Below are positions 59,002 to 64,000 of a stretch of 64,000 nt of DNA, piece by piece (within the stretch, counting starts at the first letter, position 1; each line of letters opens with the position of its first letter). Under the pieces are notes generated by a model. The model searched no databases. It saw only the letters and a list, made by a program, of their open reading frames with translations, and was not told where the DNA came from. The translations under genes were made by a program, and so were the position numbers. This stretch comes from Candidatus Dormiibacterota bacterium. Its GTDB lineage: Bacteria; Chloroflexota; Dormibacteria; DASZGP01. The DNA is taken from NCBI GenBank assembly GCA_049644325.1, contig JBARRR010000061.1:19455-83454 (forward strand), read 5' to 3'.

Positions 59002-60611
59002 GCCATCACCCCCTCCACGCTGACCGGACCGCCCGGGTAGAGGCGGGCGATGTCGGTCGCGCCCGGTTGCCCTGAGGCCAGGGCTTGCTCAGGTGGTCCG
59101 CCATCGACGGCACGACCGCGGTCAAGGCGGATGACGCGGTCCGCCAGGTCGGCGGCCAGCTCGGAATCGTGGGTCGCCAGGACAACCGAAGACCCCGCGG
59201 TTCGCAGCTGCCGGACGAGGGCAGCCAGGGCTTCCCGGGCGCTGCCGTCCATGCCCCGGGTGGGCTCGTCGAGCAACGCCAGCTTCGGGCTGCCGGCGAG
59301 GATGGCGGCGATGGCGGCGCGCTGGCGTTCACCACCGCTGAGGTCGCGAGGATAGCGGCTGGCAAGGGCGCTGAGGCCGAGCGCGCCCAGGATGGCGTCG
59401 CCCCGGGCCCGGGCTTCAGCCCCACGGAAGCCCGCCCGCAAGAGGGTGAAATCGAGCTCGGCACGGACCGTCGGGTGGTGGAGGAGGGCGGTGGGGTCCT
59501 GGGGCAGGTACGAGACCCGGCCCCGCTCGCCCAGTTCGCGGTCGACCGATCCCGCCGCTGGGGGGTGCAGACCGGCCAGCGCTCGAAGCAGGGTGGTCTT
59601 GCCGCTGCCGTTGTCACCCATCAGGACCACGACCTCACCGGCATGCCCGGCCAGGGACGCGCCTTCAAGCACCACCTGGTCGTCATGCCGGACGGATAGG
59701 TCCTGGACCTCCCATACCACGGTGCCCCCTGCCGTCGGTGTGCGCCTCGGTGCTCGCGCCAGCACGGGAGCTACAGACATTGCCTCCGCGATGGTCAGGG
59801 GTGGCGGTCGCCAGCCCAGCCGGCGTCCCAGCTCGACCACCTGGGGCGGATGGGTCAGCTGTGGTGCCAGTGAGCGGGGCGGCCCGATGGCCCGAACCGC
59901 CCCGGAGTCCATCAGGACCATGTGGTCGGCCGCCGGGAGTAGGCGGCTGAGACGGTGCTCGGTCACCGCCAGGCTGGCGCCCCCTGCAGCCAGCTCGAGG
60001 ACGGCGTTGAGGAAGGCCGCCGCCCCAGATGGGTCGAGCTGGCTGGTGGGCTCGTCCAGGGCCAGGATCGCCGGCCGCATCGCCAGCGCCGATGCCAGCG
60101 CGACCCGCTGTCGCTCGCCGCCGCTCAGGGTTGCGATGGCGCGCCGGCGCAGCTGGGTTATCCCAAGCGCCGCCAGCACCTCATCAACGCGCGCGCCGAT
60201 CTCCGCTCTCGGGAGCCCCAGGTTCTCCGGCCCGAAGGCGACCTCACGCTCAACCGTTCCGTAGACGAACTGGCTCTCCGGGTCCTGGAAGACAAACCCC
60301 ACGTTGCGGGCCAGGTGACGGGTCCGGGCGGTGAGCACGGAACTGCCGCAGACCACGGCGTCGCCCCGTATGCGCCCACCGTGGAAGTGAGGGATGAGCC
60401 CGTTGAGGACCCGCAACAGCGACGACTTGCCGCTGCCGCTGTCGCCGGCGACGATGGTCAGCCCTGGCTCGAGATCGACGTTGATCCCCGCCAGGGCTGG
60501 GACCTGGCCGTCGGCGTAGTGGTAGGTCAGGTCCTGGAAGCTGGCGATTGCCGCGGGCCGCGGCGACGACGCCAGGACCTCGGGAACGGGACGGGGCAGC
60601 GTCTCAGTCAT
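58992..60611 (-). CDS. ecfA: ECF transporter fused tandem ATPase (EcfA-EcfA')
   Basis: Two ABC cassettes (GDSGSGKSS and GDNGSGKTT Walker A; two LSGGERQR signatures). Confidence 0.85.
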   Translation of the reverse strand: MTETLPRPVPEVLASSPRPAAIASFQDLTYHYADGQVPALAGINVDLEPGLTIVAGDSGSGKSSLLRVLNGLIPHFHGGRIRGDAVVCGSSVLTARTRHLARNVGFVFQDPESQFVYGTVEREVAFGPENLGLPRAEIGARVDEVLAALGITQLRRRAIATLSGGERQRVALASALAMRPAILALDEPTSQLDPSGAAAFLNAVLELAAGGASLAVTEHRLSRLLPAADHMVLMDSGAVRAIGPPRSLAPQLTHPPQVVELGRRLGWRPPPLTIAEAMSVAPVLARAPRRTPTAGGTVVWEVQDLSVRHDDQVVLEGASLAGHAGEVVVLMGDNGSGKTTLLRALAGLHPPAAGSVDRELGERGRVSYLPQDPTALLHHPTVRAELDFTLLRAGFRGAEARARGDAILGALGLSALASRYPRDLSGGERQRAAIAAILAGSPKLALLDEPTRGMDGSAREALAALVRQLRTAGSSVVLATHDSELAADLADRVIRLDRGRAVDGGPPEQALASGQPGATDIARLYPGGPVSVEGVMACL

Positions 60612-61431
60612 GGCGTGGCACCAGCATCGGCGTGAGCAGCAGAAGGACGCCGGCCAGGGCCAGCGGGTTGACCAGGGGGACGGTGGGTACGGGGTATGGG
60701 TACCAGTCGGCCACCAGGCCGGTTACCCGGGCGGCGATGAAAACAAGCGTCGCGGCGGCTGCGGTCAGAACCACCATCAGGTCGCCCGTGCGCCACGGCT
60801 CCGGCATCCAGCGGGTGCGGTGGCCGGAGCCGAAGGCGCGCGCCTCCATCGCCTCCGCCAGCTGGATCGAGCTCTCCATCGACGTCAGCACCAGCGGCAC
60901 CAGCACCTCGGCGTACGACCGCGGACCTCGCGGCCGCCAGCCGCGCACGCTCTGGGCATCGCGGATGGCGCCGTAGCTGCGGCCGATACCCGGCACCATG
61001 TTCAGCGCCGCCGCGATGGTTGCGCCGGCGCGCTCCAGGGAGCGGGGCAGGGCGTCGACCACCTGGTGTGGGTCGACAACCAGTGATAGCGGCGCCGCCG
61101 CCAGGGCGGCGGCCGAGAGGCCGATGCCGCTGGCCAGGCCGAAGACCGCCGACTCCAGGGTCACCGGCCCGGCGAGCCCGGGGACCTGGTGGGGGATGAC
61201 GAAGAGCACATGGGCCCCGGCGTGGCTCAGGAGCATGCTCACGCCAACCGCCACGACCGTGGCGAAAAGGAGGATGCGGAGCAGCCCTCCGAGCTGTCGC
61301 CCCGGCCGCTTACGAGCGACCATGAAGTTGATCGCCAGCAGGATCACCAGCGCCCGGTAAACGGGGTGGTTGGCCACCAGGACGATGGTCAACGCCGCCG
61401 CCGACCAGGCCGCCACCGCCCGTGGGTTCAA
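60604..61431 (-). CDS. ecfT: ECF transporter transmembrane (T) component (CbiQ family)
   Basis: Polytopic; coupling-helix motif AMEARAFG. Confidence 0.75.
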   Translation of the reverse strand: MNPRAVAAWSAAALTIVLVANHPVYRALVILLAINFMVARKRPGRQLGGLLRILLFATVVAVGVSMLLSHAGAHVLFVIPHQVPGLAGPVTLESAVFGLASGIGLSAAALAAAPLSLVVDPHQVVDALPRSLERAGATIAAALNMVPGIGRSYGAIRDAQSVRGWRPRGPRSYAEVLVPLVLTSMESSIQLAEAMEARAFGSGHRTRWMPEPWRTGDLMVVLTAAAATLVFIAARVTGLVADWYPYPVPTVPLVNPLALAGVLLLLTPMLVPRHD

Positions 61432-62189
61432 CGCCGGAGCCTCGGCAGCAACAGCTGGATCACCAATAGCGCGACCAGGCCGATCGCCGTGGCGGCCGCC
61501 GCCCCGATCCCGACCAGGTTCGAGGTGTTGGTTGCCAGGGCCGGAAGCGGGCCGGCGCTGGGTGCTGGTGAAGCGCCCCCGCCGAGCGCCACCTCACCGG
61601 GGTTGGGGCTGGTGGAGCTCGGGTCGGGTGAGCTCTCGGGACTGGGCTGGCCCGCGGTCGCCGGTCCCGCAGCTGACCGCGCGCTCGCGCCGGCCCCCGG
61701 GTTCGCTCCGCTCGAGCCTCCTCCAGCGCTGCCACCGCTGTCCGCCGCCGCGCTGGCTGGCGGTGGCGCTGCCGGTGGGCAGTCAGCCGGCGGGGGAGGT
61801 GGGCCGCCGGCCTGGGGGACGAAGGAGAAGCCCTCGGCCTCGTGGTCGTGGAAGGCGATCCCGTCAATCCCCTTGTGGGCGAAAGCCCACGAGCCCCCGC
61901 ACGGCGAGATCCATATCGACCAGTAGCTGGATTGCTTGAGGCAATCCGGGGGGTAGCTGCTGGGCTCGTTGTCGACCTGGCAGACGGTGTCGCCGTAGTT
62001 TGGGTCGGAGGAGAAGCCGTGTTCGATCCCGGACGCGGTCAGCAGCTCCTTGCCGCCGATGGTGTCGCCCGAGAAGCCGACGCACGCCGTGAAGGCCCGG
62101 CCGTCGCCGTGGCGGACCATCACGGTGGCGTGGTGCGCCGCCGACTGGTTGACGCAGGCCGGTGGGGCGGCGGCGGCTGGAGGCGACAT
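61428..62189 (-). CDS. secreted protein with Gly/Pro/Ser linker and C-terminal sorting-like signal (DUF4430-like beta domain suspected)
   Basis: ATGA overlap with ecfT; C-terminus ...LPALATNTSN + TM + PRLRR. N-terminus/start uncertain. Confidence 0.5.
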   Translation of the reverse strand: MSPPAAAAPPACVNQSAAHHATVMVRHGDGRAFTACVGFSGDTIGGKELLTASGIEHGFSSDPNYGDTVCQVDNEPSSYPPDCLKQSSYWSIWISPCGGSWAFAHKGIDGIAFHDHEAEGFSFVPQAGGPPPPPADCPPAAPPPASAAADSGGSAGGGSSGANPGAGASARSAAGPATAGQPSPESSPDPSSTSPNPGEVALGGGASPAPSAGPLPALATNTSNLVGIGAAAATAIGLVALLVIQLLLPRLRR

Positions 62190-62263
62190 CCCTCCATAAA
62201 GGAGGAGCGCGGTGGCGCCCAGGCCGGCGCAGAGGCCGGCCCGGACAACGGCGCGAGGCGGTC

Positions 62264-63502
62264 TCAGCCCTGGCGTCGGGGCACACCCATGGCGAGGGCG
62301 GACGCCAGCACCAGGAGGACTGCGATCGTCAGCGCAACGACCCCTCGCGGGTCAGCCTGCGGGCCCGGGTGGCCGGCGGCCGGCAGCGCTGGCGCCGGTG
62401 AGGCCGCCTCCAGCGCACCAGAAGCGACCGGGCAGCCTGCCGCGGGTACCACCACGCCGGCCGTGGGAGCGTTGATCGGCAGCGCCTTGCCGACCAGCGC
62501 GGGCGGCACCTGGCTGGTGGTGAAGGTGTCCGGCAAGGGGGTGGAGAACCCGCCGCCGGCGTCCTCCATCGAGAGCAGGTTGCCCAGCGGCGAGTTGCCT
62601 GAGACCTGCCAATTCGAGACCGCCTGGCCGGTGGCGGCCAGCGCTGCGAGTACCAGCGCGTCCGAATCCGCGTCGCTGGCGGTGCCGAAGGCCGAAGGCG
62701 CCTGGAACGGGAACCCGCCGTCGGTGTTCTGCTGTGTGTGGAGCCAGGCCAGGGCGGCGGTGTTGCGGCTGTTGTCGCCGGCGGCAGTAAGGGCCTGGAG
62801 GGCCACCGCGGTTGAGTTGGTGTCGCCCTGGGCGGCGTTGCTGACGGCGGCGCTGCTCCAACCCTTGAAGGTGAAGCCGGTGGCCTGGGTGTCGGGCGTC
62901 ACGCCCTGGTTCTCGAGCCCCTTGAGCCAGGTGACCGCCGCCGCCGGGGCCGTGCCCCCGGTTGCCTTGACGGCGAGGATCGCCAGAGCCTGGGCGAAGG
63001 TGCTGCCATCGCCGTAGGAGCCGGTCGCGACGCCGGTGGAATGGTAGAAGCCGGCGGGCGTGGCTGACTGGTCGCTGGTCAGCTTGGTCAGGAGGTCCTG
63101 GCCTCCGAAGCCGTGGTAGTCGAACTTCCCGGCCGGGGTGTTACCAGCCGCCAGGGCGAGGAGCAGCTTGGCGGTCTTGCCCGCGTCGGCCGCGGCGCCA
63201 GGGGCCTGGGCGGCCAGGTAGTCGTAGAGGCCCTGGCCACCGGTCTTATGGACGGTATTGGGGTCAATCCCGATGGCTGCGGCGCCCACGGCAAAGTCCA
63301 TGCTGGCACCGGGATTGCCGAAGCCTCCGGCGCTGCTCATGTCAAGTGAGCCATCCGTCTTCTGGTTGGCGGCCAGGTACTGGACGGCGCGGGTGGCGGG
63401 GTCGCAGGCAGCGCTGGCGACAAGCGGTGGGGTGAGTGCCAGGCCGCCGAGGGCGGTGGTGACGGCCAGTGTCGCGCTGGCCATGCGGAGGGTCGTCTTC
63501 AT
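62264..63502 (-). CDS. secreted alpha/alpha-toroid protein (prenyltransferase/squalene-oxidase repeats) with C-terminal sorting-like signal
   Basis: Signal peptide ...LVASA/AC; repeats with Q-x-x-D-G-[GS]-[FL] (AANQKTDGSL, HTQQNTDGGFPFQ, MEDAGGGFS). C-terminus ...ALPAAGHPG + TM + PRRQG. Confidence 0.65.
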   Translation of the reverse strand: MKTTLRMASATLAVTTALGGLALTPPLVASAACDPATRAVQYLAANQKTDGSLDMSSAGGFGNPGASMDFAVGAAAIGIDPNTVHKTGGQGLYDYLAAQAPGAAADAGKTAKLLLALAAGNTPAGKFDYHGFGGQDLLTKLTSDQSATPAGFYHSTGVATGSYGDGSTFAQALAILAVKATGGTAPAAAVTWLKGLENQGVTPDTQATGFTFKGWSSAAVSNAAQGDTNSTAVALQALTAAGDNSRNTAALAWLHTQQNTDGGFPFQAPSAFGTASDADSDALVLAALAATGQAVSNWQVSGNSPLGNLLSMEDAGGGFSTPLPDTFTTSQVPPALVGKALPINAPTAGVVVPAAGCPVASGALEAASPAPALPAAGHPGPQADPRGVVALTIAVLLVLASALAMGVPRRQG

Positions 63503-63596
63503 TTTTGTCTCCCAGCGGCGGGCTCACCCCGCGCCGAAAGACCGCTGCCGCTGAAGGCCGTCGTTCCCGTTTTCGCGCGGGGGTTCACGTCTACCG

Positions 63597-63752
63597 CCCC
63601 GTCAGGTCTCCTGGCTCACGGATCCCGACGACCGGTCGCCTTCCCAGGACCTGGGTCCCAGTGGCTGGATGACCGGCCGTTCCCCGTTCACAGTTGCGCG
63701 ACAGCGCCGGATTCGCACCGGCTTCCCTTGGCAAAACGGCTACCCAATGATA
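63597..63752 (-). promoter_or_regulatory. cobalamin (B12) riboswitch in the 5' leader of the 62264..63502 operon
   Basis: Minus-strand RNA reads ...AAGGGAAGCCGGUGCGAAUCCGGCGCUGUCGCGCAACUGUGAACGGGGAACGGCCGGUCAUCCAGCCACUGGGACCCAGGUCCUGGGAAGGCG... This matches the RF00174 core (GGGAA..GGUG..AAUCC..GCUG..CGCAACUGU) and the B12 box GCCACUG. Confidence 0.85.
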
Positions 63753-63829
63753 GTCCCGCCAGGAGTGCGTAGGTCCGGGCGAAGCTTGGTCCGCAGTACG
63801 ATTTCGACGACCACACGGAGGATTGGCGA

Positions 63830-64000
63830 ATGACCGAAGTCGCATCTAAGCAGGCCGCCGGCGTGAACCGACGGGACCGTTTGTTCATCGGCGGCTTGTG
63901 GGTCGAACCGGCCGGGTCGGGGACCCTGGACGTGGTCAACTCATCGACCGAGGCCGTCCTCGCGACCATCCCGGAGGGCACCCCGCTGGACGCCGACCGT
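63830..64000 (+). CDS. aldehyde dehydrogenase family protein (N-terminal part, continues past the window end)
   Basis: ATG 63830 with GGAGGA SD; MTEVASKQAAGVNRRDRLFIGGLWVEPAGSGTLDVVNSSTEAVLATIPEG is a typical ALDH N-terminus. Confidence 0.6.
   Translation, partial: MTEVASKQAAGVNRRDRLFIGGLWVEPAGSGTLDVVNSSTEAVLATIPEGTPLDADR

Overview
The window looks like a high-GC (about 70%) Actinobacteria-like chromosome with mycobacterial-type synteny. It opens with a ribosomal/RNA-polymerase core: adk (5'-truncated), map, infA, rpmJ, rpsM, rpsK, rpsD, rpoA, rplQ, truA, rplM, rpsI. Next come argF, a c-di-AMP module (cdaA, cdaR) and glmS, then an acpS::nnr fusion, alr, a LOG-family gene and a hypothetical gene. 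A PucR-family regulator sits divergent to an acyl-ACP-desaturase-like gene. These are followed by a Pro-rich RDD protein and the conserved actinobacterial triad SCO1664-family / DUF3090 / MSMEG_4193-type histidine phosphatase. dnaK is followed directly by clpB (no grpE/dnaJ), then a DUF62 SAM hydrolase. A lower-GC islet ends at tRNA-Thr(CGU) and carries an orphan Flp pilin, a wHTH regulator and a His-rich protein. After that: a VOC protein, an OmpR-type two-component system, a corA 3' remnant, a lipoprotein, gdh, an F420-type LLM oxidoreductase and a GlcD-like FAD oxidase. The kdp locus is unusual: kdpE, two KdpF-like micro-ORFs, kdpABC, an embedded Ser/Thr kinase, a tandem-duplicated KdpD_N/USP sensor-only protein, and a convergent membrane histidine-kinase half. 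Downstream lie GtrA, an S1 protease and a GT39-type mannosyltransferase, then an orphan PAS/HisKA_3 kinase. The most notable region is a long minus-strand cluster (54171..63502) headed by a clear cobalamin riboswitch. It encodes a secreted alpha/alpha-toroid (prenyltransferase/squalene-oxidase repeat) protein, a second secreted protein, an ECF transporter (T, fused AA', S), a Cys-rich secreted protein and a Tat-type GMC oxidoreductase pair. Four of these proteins end in a shared tripartite C-terminal sorting signal (LPNTS or LPAAG, then a hydrophobic helix and an Arg-rich tail), and no sortase is encoded in the window. The window ends with the 5' end of an aldehyde dehydrogenase gene. No CRISPR arrays, IS elements or transposases were seen.
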